A stretch of 51,960 nt of DNA. It comes from a virus (taxonomy: Duplodnaviria > Caudoviricetes). The position numbers and the translations under genes were made by a program. The notes below the pieces were generated by a model, which made no database searches, was not told the DNA's origin, and saw only the letters and a list, made by a program, of their open reading frames with translations. The stretch spans positions 1 to 51,960 of IMG/VR virus record IMGVR_UViG_3300012943_000040, one strand, 5' to 3'. Position 1 is the stretch's first letter; the number at the start of each line of letters is the position of its first letter. Of this stretch, positions 17,500 through 25,201 are shown in pieces.

Positions 17500-17734
17500 C
17501 ACCGAACCTCAGGATATCCTGATTCCGTCAGCGCCAGATGCTGATCTGGTGTTGCCTGACGAGACACCTATGCCTGCTGATCTGGTTGCTCAAGCTAGGG
17601 AGCTTGGGTATCAGTTTGACCCATTTCATCAGCTCTGGGAGTGTGATGAGTGCGGATCGATGGTGAAGTCGGTTGAGAAGCATTCTGAATGGCATGCTTG
17701 GGTTCTAGGCAAGATCACGGTCCCGCGGCCTTGA
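17492..17734 (+). CDS. hypothetical protein with CxxC...HxxxH
   Basis: overlapping start; CDEC...HSEWH. Confidence 0.6.
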   Translation: MTDTEPQDILIPSAPDADLVLPDETPMPADLVAQARELGYQFDPFHQLWECDECGSMVKSVEKHSEWHAWVLGKITVPRP

Positions 17735-17759
17735 CACCTTGTCAAGGGACTGATATGAT
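17729..17759 (+). promoter_or_regulatory. sigma-A-like promoter with -35 embedded in an inverted repeat
   Basis: TTGACA(17731)-17-TATGAT(17754); CCTTGACA-CCT-TGTCAAGG inverted repeat 17729-17747. Confidence 0.75.
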
Positions 17760-17765
17760 TACAGT

Positions 17766-18204
17766 GGTGGTCATACCATTTGCTGAGGCTGAACAACTAA
17801 AGACCTAGCCTTAGGAACTCGCGATGATGACAAGGCATTGCTCGAGATTGCTCCGGGGTAAAAGGGGGAAGTCATAATCCCGCGGGAGAACAGCCGGGGA
17901 GGGTGGGAACGGGAACCTCTCACCCCCCCGGCTTCTAAAACTACATAGTCGACCAGGCGACGATAAACAGCTCTTAGGCCTGGTGCGGTACGTGACTAGT
18001 CACATACATGAGAATGGCGATATCGCAACTCTTCATACCCTGGTGAGTCCCTGAAGTCGGTATCACTAGTATGCTAATAACTACATATTGCTCGAGGTTA
18101 AATGAGACCCCCTCGAGAGGTTCTAGGACAAAGGGTTCGGCATACCGTCGACGGACGTACTTGCCATTATGGGGAGCCAGCTGCTCCCATCCGTGAGGAC
18201 CATC
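17766..18204 (+). ncRNA. candidate 439-nt structured non-coding RNA co-transcribed with tRNA-Leu
   Basis: no credible ORF; predicted TSS 17766 starts GGTGGTC, which pairs with GACCATC (18198-18204) directly before the tRNA; several internal helices. Confidence 0.55.
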
Positions 18205-18277
18205 GCCCCGCTAGCCCAACGGCAGAGGCAGAGGACTTAAAATCCTTACAGTGTCAGTTCAAATCTGACGCGGGGTA
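18205..18277 (+). tRNA. tRNA-Leu(UAA), short variable arm, CCA not encoded
   Basis: acceptor GCCCCGC/GCGGGGT; D arm GCC...GGC; anticodon arm GAGGA-CTTAAAA-TCCTT; T arm GTCAG-TTCAAAT-CTGAC; discriminator A. Confidence 0.9.
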
Positions 18278-18312
18278 CGGTGAGGCAAATCACCACGGGA
18301 CGGCACATCCCT

Positions 18313-18359
18313 GCGAGGCCCTCGGCACGTCTTAGAGCGACCGGGGGTCTTGCTTTGTT
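18313..18359 (+). terminator. intrinsic terminator of the ncRNA-tRNA unit
   Basis: 13-bp stem GCGAGGCCCTCGG/CCGGGGGTCTTGC followed by TTTGTT. Confidence 0.7.
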
Positions 18360-18402
18360 CAAGCGCCTTGACACTGGAATCGGGGTGCTATAGCATTGCT
18401 GC

Positions 18403-18540
18403 ATGATGGATCGACGACACAGATGCAAGACGCCAACTTGGGCGAACACGTTTCGAGAACTTCCCTCCGACATCTGGGTCGTCCTCGGAGGCACACTCGC
18501 CATTGCAGTAACTTTGATTATCGTTGCCTTGACAATGTAG
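18403..18540 (+). CDS. 45-aa single-pass membrane protein, leaderless (not in ORF track)
   Basis: TTGACA(18368)-17-TAGCAT(18391)-6-ATG; C-terminal IWVVLGGTLAIAVTLIIVALTM. Confidence 0.55.
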   Translation: MMDRRHRCKTPTWANTFRELPSDIWVVLGGTLAIAVTLIIVALTM

Positions 18541-18592
18541 CTGAGTGTCGATAGCATTAATACGTAGGCAAATTGCCTCGGAAGGAGAAAGC

Positions 18593-19945
18593 ATGAGGAA
18601 GTACATCGCAGCCGGTATCACCGCGCTGCTGGTGGCAGGGGGTTCCGCATTGTCGGCATTTCCTGCCGCGGCTGAGGTGGTCGAACCCGACCCCACACCC
18701 TACGTGCTTGTTGCGTGGGTCACGGGCGAACAGCCCGAGAACACATGGCCAGAAGGTGGTCAGAATCTGTTCACCTATGTCGAGACGGGTGAGACGAGCC
18801 TAGATCAGCTCGATGGTAAGCTCGATGCTTGCCTCGACTATCAGGTGGATCTCTACCTCGACGACGACACGACATGGTCGCTCATCAAGGGAGCCAAGCT
18901 CTATGGGCCGAACAACCCCGAAGAGCATCTCGCTTGGGAGGTTGTCAAGCAGCCGTGGAAGTACATTGACAACGACCAGAACTCGCAGTATTGTCAGCCA
19001 GTACCTGACGACGCTAAGTTCGATGTCGGCATCGTGCCGGCAACATGCGAGGCGGGCGAGATTCTGGAGTACGGTGAGGGCAACATCACCAATGCTACGT
19101 TCGATGCATCTTCCACACCTTCGGGTACTGAGGGTCCTGGTGACTTCTCGGTGAGTGCGACGGCGGACGAGGGCGCGGTATTCGTGGAGGGTACGGTCAA
19201 TCCGATCACAGGATCGCTTGACGGGCCTAAGGGATACCAGGGCACTAACCCCGAAGCGGATTGCTACGTGGGGCCCGAGCAGCGAGTCGAGGTGCTAGAG
19301 GATCTGCCTTCGTGCACCGACCTGGATGTCACGATCACGACGAACTACTACGAGAGGCCTTACGGCGGCGAGGAAGTACTCGTCGACACGGTCATCACGA
19401 CTCGCCCGGCGAACAATGAGGACTACAACGCTCTCGAGTGCGGCATCATTCCGGGCGATATCACAGCAGTCTGCATCGGAGATGTGCCTTACTTCTCCTA
19501 CGATGTGACTGCCCCTCAAGAGGGGCCGTTGACCATCACCTGGCACCACCCGACTGACTCAACGCAGGACGTAGTCTGGACTGACTCGCCTCGTTCGGGA
19601 CAGCGGCTCTGGCCAGGGGCAAGTGATGGTGATCCTCAGATGTGGCCCGGGTGGGCGCTGGTCGACGGGGAGTACGTCGCTACGCTCGGTAACTATGCCT
19701 GGACTCGCACGGGGGTCGAGGTGACCTTCTCGATCAACCCCGAGTATACGACTACGGTGGAGTATCCTGATGCCACCGCACTTTGCGCGAACCCGCCGGT
19801 GGAGGAGCCCCCTGCTCCGCCTGAGCTTGCGCGAACGGGAGGCCCGAACCCGACGGCGCCTCTCGGGTACGCTATCGCGGCACTTCTGACCGGTGGGCTC
19901 CTTGTGGGCCTCGGAATGATGCGACGCGCTGCGGCCAACAACTAA
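18593..19945 (+). CDS. secreted, sortase-anchored cell-wall protein (LAxTG signal)
   Basis: signal peptide MRKYIAAG...PAAA; C-terminal Pro-rich linker, LARTG, hydrophobic helix, RR; SD AAGGAG; own promoter TTGACA...TAGCAT. Confidence 0.8.
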   Translation: MRKYIAAGITALLVAGGSALSAFPAAAEVVEPDPTPYVLVAWVTGEQPENTWPEGGQNLFTYVETGETSLDQLDGKLDACLDYQVDLYLDDDTTWSLIKGAKLYGPNNPEEHLAWEVVKQPWKYIDNDQNSQYCQPVPDDAKFDVGIVPATCEAGEILEYGEGNITNATFDASSTPSGTEGPGDFSVSATADEGAVFVEGTVNPITGSLDGPKGYQGTNPEADCYVGPEQRVEVLEDLPSCTDLDVTITTNYYERPYGGEEVLVDTVITTRPANNEDYNALECGIIPGDITAVCIGDVPYFSYDVTAPQEGPLTITWHHPTDSTQDVVWTDSPRSGQRLWPGASDGDPQMWPGWALVDGEYVATLGNYAWTRTGVEVTFSINPEYTTTVEYPDATALCANPPVEEPPAPPELARTGGPNPTAPLGYAIAALLTGGLLVGLGMMRRAAANN

Positions 19946-19951
19946 ATAACC

Positions 19952-19994
19952 AGAGCCCCCGCTCAGTGATGCTACTCCTGGGCGGGGGTTCTTT
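19952..19994 (+). terminator. intrinsic terminator
   Basis: AGAGCCCCCGCTCAG/CTGGGCGGGGGTTCT then TT. Confidence 0.7.
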
Positions 19995-20178
19995 GTGTAT
20001 GGGCAATGCGCGTCAACGATCGATGCGTAAAAGGTCTGCCGATAGCTCATCTCTGAGAGTATCCGTAATCGCCTAATATATGTTCGCTCGCATGATAAGG
20101 TCACTTTAAGCATCGAGCGATTAGGGACAAACCTGATGCTCCTTGCGATTCTCGGCCATCGCGTGATATGGTCAGGTC

Positions 20179-20505
20179 ATGGACATCCTTTGGGGCTTTA
20201 TCTCTGCACTGCTGATCTTTACGGTCGTAGTTCTCTGGGGCCAGATCCGAGATTTGAAGACCGATATGCTCCGTATGCGTAGTGAGATTGCGTCTACAAG
20301 GCAGGCAAAGGTTAAGTCCTTCGTTCGCTCGACAGCCACTCCTGGTGTGGATGCTAGAGCGCGTACCACTCGCCGAGACACTGATGATCTGCCTCGAACT
20401 GGGCGGATGAGTCAGGGTGTACACAGAAAGAAGACCAATGCCCGCGAGCCAGATGACTATCGACTTCCGGACGACACCGGACCTGAGGCAACACAAGTCA
20501 GGTAA
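20179..20505 (+). CDS. membrane-anchored hypothetical protein
   Basis: N-terminal TM helix; -10-like TATGGT, 6 nt, then ATG. Confidence 0.6.
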   Translation: MDILWGFISALLIFTVVVLWGQIRDLKTDMLRMRSEIASTRQAKVKSFVRSTATPGVDARARTTRRDTDDLPRTGRMSQGVHRKKTNAREPDDYRLPDDTGPEATQVR

Positions 20506-21136
20506 CGTTCAGGGTGGTTTGCCTGAGCGGGATCGTCCGCGTACGGGAGATGGCAAGCTTCTGACACCGAAGCAGATCCGGGCTCGTGCTCGTCGTAAGG
20601 CAAAACGCCATGAGATGATGACTGAGCAGGAGATGGCTTACTTGTACGAGAAGCCGGTTGACGAGTGGGATATGACCGAACTTGCTCAGGGGCGACCCCG
20701 CAATAGCAAGGGTACGTTTACCGGGCCTAAGCCTAAGTGGATCACCGCAGAAACTCATGAGCTAGCGATGCAGCGATACACTGCAGCAGTTAAGACATCT
20801 ATGCAGATGACCACGGTCGATGCCCTCGATACGCTCAAGTGGATTATCAACAACAATGAGGTCGACGATAAGGGCAAGCCGATGGTTCCCGCGAGCACTA
20901 AGCTAGATGCTGCTAAGTTCCTTGTTGAGCATGTGGTTGGTAAGCCGACGCAGCGGATCGAGTCTGATGTTTCGGTCAAGCTTCAGGGTATTCTGGGCCA
21001 GGTCATGGTCAACCCGAGCGAGCTTGGTGCGGGATCGCAATATGAACTGGCGCACTATCCGGGGATCACAATGCCTCTGGCAGTTGCAGCAGATGATGAC
21101 GACCTGATAGAAGCGGAGATTATCGATGAGTCCTGA
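20417..21136 (+). CDS. putative terminase small subunit (start uncertain, possibly 20438)
   Basis: RNSKGTF motif and KLDAAKFLVEHVVGKPTQRIE resemble TerS-like C-termini; first large late gene. Confidence 0.4.
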   Translation: MYTERRPMPASQMTIDFRTTPDLRQHKSGNVQGGLPERDRPRTGDGKLLTPKQIRARARRKAKRHEMMTEQEMAYLYEKPVDEWDMTELAQGRPRNSKGTFTGPKPKWITAETHELAMQRYTAAVKTSMQMTTVDALDTLKWIINNNEVDDKGKPMVPASTKLDAAKFLVEHVVGKPTQRIESDVSVKLQGILGQVMVNPSELGAGSQYELAHYPGITMPLAVAADDDDLIEAEIIDES

Positions 21137-21428
21137 CGACGTTTGCGGAGTTTGTAATACAACCCGCGAGAATCATGGCGACAAGAACCACCAGTTTAAC
21201 ATTGAGGGGGATCTTGTAGAGCTACCTAAGCCTCAACCCGCTCAGAATACCCCGCCTCGAGAACGAGGATCTTCCACACCCGAAGCTGCTGATGTTCGAG
21301 CACTTAAGACCGCCTTTGCGGCGTTGGTGGAGGTTCTTGCCGAGAAGTCTATCTCTTTTGATGGAGTGAATCGACCGATCCTGGATTCCAAGGACATCAT
21401 AAGGATCTTCAGTGCCTCTTCCTCCTGA
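21126..21428 (+). CDS. hypothetical protein
   Basis: SD GGAG; CGVC...H...H N-terminus. Confidence 0.6.
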   Translation: MSPDDVCGVCNTTRENHGDKNHQFNIEGDLVELPKPQPAQNTPPRERGSSTPEAADVRALKTAFAALVEVLAEKSISFDGVNRPILDSKDIIRIFSASSS

Positions 21429-21744
21429 GGGGGCAGTGCATGATGCAATGCGCGAAACGGTGCTCCGTAAGGCGCCTAGGGAAGCCGTAGGATTGCTCAC
21501 GAATGATGGCCGCATCATTGAGCTTAGTAATCTAGCAAGCGATCCGGGGATAAACTTCGAAATCTCGAGGGCTGAGTTACTCGAGAAGCTTACGGGGGAA
21601 GAGCTTGAGGAACTAACTCTCTGGCACTCTCACCCGAGCGGAGGTGTGGGACCGAGTCGGACAGATATGCAACAGAAGATTCCGTTTGTTCACCACCTCG
21701 TAGTAACAATTGTAGACAACGACCTAGTATACACGTACTATTAG
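21412..21744 (+). CDS. JAB/MPN (Mov34) metalloprotease-like protein
   Basis: REAVGLL...WHSHPSGGVGPSRTD matches E...HSHP...S..D (JAMM motif). Confidence 0.85.
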   Translation: MPLPPEGAVHDAMRETVLRKAPREAVGLLTNDGRIIELSNLASDPGINFEISRAELLEKLTGEELEELTLWHSHPSGGVGPSRTDMQQKIPFVHHLVVTIVDNDLVYTYY

Positions 21745-21793
21745 TCGTTCCGTGAGCCTGTGATAATATCAGGAGAAGGAAAGGAGACGCAAC

Positions 21794-21982
21794 ATGACTA
21801 CACCTGATGAAGGTGTCACGATCAATGTCGAAGTCAACGGTGTCGAAGTTGCAGAAATCGACGCAGATGACATCCTCGATGGCGATGAATACGACGGTGT
21901 CGAGGGCCAGTTCGGTATCGCTGAGGACGCTGAGGTTGATGAAACTGAAGTGGACGAAAATGACGAAAACTGGGGGCCGTGA
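21794..21982 (+). CDS. small very acidic protein
   Basis: SD AAGGAG; D/E-rich, no K or R; stop overlaps endolysin start. Confidence 0.6.
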   Translation: MTTPDEGVTINVEVNGVEVAEIDADDILDGDEYDGVEGQFGIAEDAEVDETEVDENDENWGP

Positions 21983-22629
21983 TGGTCGCTGCAACCACAA
22001 AGAAGTATTACAACTTCAACCCGGCTTCATACCAGCGGTTCGGGGCCTCTCGAGGTACTCGTAAGCATCGAGGTACTGACTTCGCTCACGGGAATGGTAC
22101 GTTAGTTCCTGCGCTGATCACCGGTCGAGTCGTGACCAAGAATGTGCCGGCAAGCTGGCACGGGTTTGGATATCAGATCGTTACTGAGGGAAGCTTCGGT
22201 GGGCGGAAATATCGGGTATCCTATGCTCACGGAAGCAAGGCTCAGCCGGCTAAGATTGGAGTCCTCATTGACCAGGGGGATTTCCTCTCTACTGAGGGTC
22301 GAACAGGTGCGACTGATGGACCCTGTTGTCACGTAGAGGTCTACGACATCACAGCCAAGAAGTTCATCGATCCGATGATTCTGGTCAAGAAGGTGCTTAC
22401 TGCGGGCAGCGTTGCGGGTAATCCTCGCCCTGCTACTGTTCGACCGGGAATGAAAGGCTCTACGGTCAAGCGGATGCAGGTTCGCCTTCGTGCTAAGGGC
22501 TACAAGATCACAGCCGATGGTATCTACGGTCGTAAGACTCTAGCTGCTGTCAAGGCATTCCAGAAGAAGAACAAACTGGTAATAGATGGCATCGTTGGTC
22601 CGAAAACCTGGGCCAAGCTCGGCTACTGA
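21979..22629 (+). CDS. endolysin: M23 peptidase + C-terminal peptidoglycan-binding domain
   Basis: HRGTD, YAH, TGATDGPCCHVEV; PG_binding_1 pattern ADGIYGRKTLAAVKAFQKKNKLVIDGIVGPKTW. Confidence 0.85.
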   Translation: MMVAATTKKYYNFNPASYQRFGASRGTRKHRGTDFAHGNGTLVPALITGRVVTKNVPASWHGFGYQIVTEGSFGGRKYRVSYAHGSKAQPAKIGVLIDQGDFLSTEGRTGATDGPCCHVEVYDITAKKFIDPMILVKKVLTAGSVAGNPRPATVRPGMKGSTVKRMQVRLRAKGYKITADGIYGRKTLAAVKAFQKKNKLVIDGIVGPKTWAKLGY

Positions 22630-22646
22630 GGGAAAGTAGGGAGCGG

Positions 22647-23090
22647 GTGGTAATTGACCTGGCAGATCTTCAGTGGTGGCAGGCATTTCTAGCTATCATA
22701 GCTGTCCTAGGTCTATCACCCGCTCCTTGGCTCCTCGGTATGGCCATGGGTAGGATTCAGTTCACTGCTACGGCTGAAGCGAACTATGAAAAACGAGCCA
22801 CGGTTATTAAAGAAGGTTTCGACGCTCGCGTCGTTGACTTGAAAGATGCCCAGCAGGCTACAGTTCAAGAATTGATAACACACCATAGAGAAGTCTTGGG
22901 AATCCAAGTAGAACGATATGGTGAGATGAAAGCCTCCCGTGATGGTTATAGAGAGGCTACAAAAGAAGAACGCAGGCGAGCCGATAAGGCTACTGAGAGT
23001 GTCTCCGATATCGCTGACGCCCTAAAGGCTACAAACCACGTTCTTACCTCTATTAACGAAGTCGCTGCCGAGAGGGAGGTGACACCGTGA
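22647..23090 (+). CDS. membrane protein of lysis cassette
   Basis: N-terminal TM plus coiled coil; follows endolysin. Confidence 0.6.
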   Translation: MVIDLADLQWWQAFLAIIAVLGLSPAPWLLGMAMGRIQFTATAEANYEKRATVIKEGFDARVVDLKDAQQATVQELITHHREVLGIQVERYGEMKASRDGYREATKEERRRADKATESVSDIADALKATNHVLTSINEVAAEREVTP

Positions 23091-23293
23091 ACGAATACGA
23101 GGACATTGATGAGACTACAGACGGACCCGATCTGCTGAGGGCTCAGAAGGCCCTCGCTGATGCTAAGCGTTCACAACGTCAAACTGACAAAGTAGTCAGT
23201 GAATCAAGAGGTGCTCTTAACACCCTGAAAGAGCTACACACTGAGAACCACTTTACAGATAAGCTTCGTTTGATTATCAGGGGAGTAACATGA
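23087..23293 (+). CDS. small lysis-cassette protein
   Basis: GTGA overlap; ENHF motif near C-terminus. Confidence 0.55.
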   Translation: MNEYEDIDETTDGPDLLRAQKALADAKRSQRQTDKVVSESRGALNTLKELHTENHFTDKLRLIIRGVT

Positions 23294-23673
23294 CATCCGA
23301 ACAGATTAACGACATCGCTAGTTATATCGCACTAGCAGCAGGGATCCCCATCTTCCTATTCACCTTTGTATATGGGGTGGGTTCGGGATGGTGGAGGTCA
23401 TGGTTAGGGCGGATATTCTTCTGCTCAATGCTTTCTCTGACCTTCCTCTTCGGCATGATTCTGGCTCGCCGATGGTTCGACAAGTTCTTCGGTTACGAGT
23501 GGGTAGCTGTCTTTGTATATAGTTTCTTCTTCTCCTCGTTTACCGCACTCCTAATTATGCTGTTCATCGAACGGCGACACAGACCTCTGGAAATAACACT
23601 CCTGAGGAACACGGGGCATATCCCCATCATTGTAACCGTAAAGGAAGGAACAGACCATGAAGCGGATAGCTAA
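23290..23673 (+). CDS. putative holin (3 TM)
   Basis: three hydrophobic segments, WWRSWLGR motif, lysis context. Confidence 0.6.
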   Translation: MTSEQINDIASYIALAAGIPIFLFTFVYGVGSGWWRSWLGRIFFCSMLSLTFLFGMILARRWFDKFFGYEWVAVFVYSFFFSSFTALLIMLFIERRHRPLEITLLRNTGHIPIIVTVKEGTDHEADS

Positions 23674-24055
23674 CTGGTTTACCGCCGAACGACGACAACA
23701 GATCCAGCTCTTCCTCGGAAGCCTGGCACCGCTCGCCATCCTCTTCGGATTTGGCACGGATGGTGTCTGGGAGCAGGTGCTGATCGTCGCTGGTGCGGTC
23801 ATGCAGTTCGCTGCCTCCCTGCTGTCGCTGATCAATGTTCGCGTTGCGGACTGGGCGACACAAGGCTGGGCTATCGTCCGAGGCGCGATCTACGCGCTTG
23901 CCACCGTCGTTTCTCCTGCCCTGGTACTTCTGGGCTTCTACGGCGAGGATACCAACGCAAGCATTCTCATGGCGGTCTCTCTGGGCCTATCTGCCCTGTC
24001 GTCCCTGGTCGCCATCTTTGCCAGCGGGCGACAACAGCTCGCCAAAGTAGCCTAG
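23657..24055 (+). CDS. putative holin (4 TM, internal duplication)
   Basis: two similar 2-TM halves; RGAIYALATVVSPALVLLG. Confidence 0.65.
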   Translation: MKRIANWFTAERRQQIQLFLGSLAPLAILFGFGTDGVWEQVLIVAGAVMQFAASLLSLINVRVADWATQGWAIVRGAIYALATVVSPALVLLGFYGEDTNASILMAVSLGLSALSSLVAIFASGRQQLAKVA

Positions 24056-24203
24056 AGGAGGTGTGGGGGGCTTCGGCCTTCTATCTTCTGGCCCGTCGCT
24101 GCCGATTCGGGAGTCTTGGTGGCGGCGGGTCGGACATGTCCTTTGTAGTCAGATTCCTTGTCGGTCTGATACCCTATGCTCATACTGAGACTTCAAGTGA
24201 GGA

Positions 24204-24806
24204 ATGCCAATGCCTGGTTTCGGGAAAGTAGTAGGTCGATTTCTAACCCCCGTCGTGGATACTGACGACCCTGATACTTATCCTGACTTAGTTCCTCTAA
24301 ATGGTAGGATTACCTTCCTCCTCAATGTCTCTCGAGTAGTTGAGGCTACAGCTTCTCCCGATCCAGTTGTTTTGGCTTCCACACCAATTGTTGGTATTCT
24401 TGACGAAGATGGCTATCTTTGTACTCCTGATGCTGTGAACGCGCCGGCATATCAGGGACTTTGGCTAGTAGCTACGGATGATGACGATCTGAACCCTACT
24501 GACATGCAGTACTCGGTTACCTATGCTCTAACCGTGGGATTGAATGGGCCTCCTGCCCCTCTTCCAACACACAATCTTGCTGTACTCGAGGGTGAGACAG
24601 TAGATCTGGCGCTGGTTATCCCGCCAGATAGCGCTCCGCCAATGGGGACTGCGGCGGCAGAAGCAGCAGCGGCAATCGCGGTTGCAGCTTTGGCGGAGAT
24701 GGTGCAGAGTGATGATATTAGGCACATCGTGGTAATCACACAGAGTGCTTATGACGCGATGACCCCTCCTCGTCCCTCTGATATCCTATACATCATAACC
24801 TCCTAG
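24204..24806 (+). CDS. minor virion/fibre adaptor protein
   Basis: C-terminal IVVITQSAYDAM...LYIIT motif typical of fibre adaptors. Confidence 0.5.
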   Translation: MPMPGFGKVVGRFLTPVVDTDDPDTYPDLVPLNGRITFLLNVSRVVEATASPDPVVLASTPIVGILDEDGYLCTPDAVNAPAYQGLWLVATDDDDLNPTDMQYSVTYALTVGLNGPPAPLPTHNLAVLEGETVDLALVIPPDSAPPMGTAAAEAAAAIAVAALAEMVQSDDIRHIVVITQSAYDAMTPPRPSDILYIITS

Positions 24807-24820
24807 GAAAGGGTATAACA

Positions 24821-25168
24821 ATGCCACTGGATGATGCTGCACTGCAGGATGCCGGTAACGCCATCGATGCAGGTATCTCGCACATGCGCCTTCACTCTGC
24901 CGATCCTGGTTCGGGTGAGACCAGTGCCCTGGGCTCGGGTCGAATTGCCTGTGCATTCACTTCGGATGCGGATGGTGACCTAACGCTCGACGCCACGGTC
25001 AACTTCACGGGTCTCGGCGCGGGCGCGACGGTTGCCTATGTGACTCTCTGGAGCGCATCGACTTCCGGCACCCGTAAGGGCAAGTTCGCTGTCACCGGCG
25101 ACTCCACGGCGAACGCGGCGGGCGAGTACTCGATCACCGGACTTACGATCACGGGTACCGCTTCCTAA
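24821..25168 (+). CDS. small virion fibre-associated protein
   Basis: LHSADPG motif; G/A/T-rich beta composition. Confidence 0.5.
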   Translation: MPLDDAALQDAGNAIDAGISHMRLHSADPGSGETSALGSGRIACAFTSDADGDLTLDATVNFTGLGAGATVAYVTLWSASTSGTRKGKFAVTGDSTANAAGEYSITGLTITGTAS

Positions 25169-25201
25169 GAAGTCCTCGCTGACGCATAGTCTGGAGGACT
25201 C

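Noticed and set aside
17840-17950. Faint resemblance of part of the candidate ncRNA to group I intron P4/P6/P7 elements
   Set aside because: No convincing P3/P7 pairing or splice sites and no interrupted gene; left to a covariance-model search
17766-18204. tmRNA or additional tRNAs in the non-coding block
   Set aside because: No tRNA-like T-arm/acceptor ends or tag ORF recognisable
18102-18335. 77-aa ORF in the ORF track
   Set aside because: Runs through the tRNA, no SD, no coding character
7453-20052. GATAGCTCATCT at 7453 and 20041, sharing a half-site with the palindrome
   Set aside because: Only a half-site; the 7453 copy is part of a terminator-like hairpin; may be coincidental
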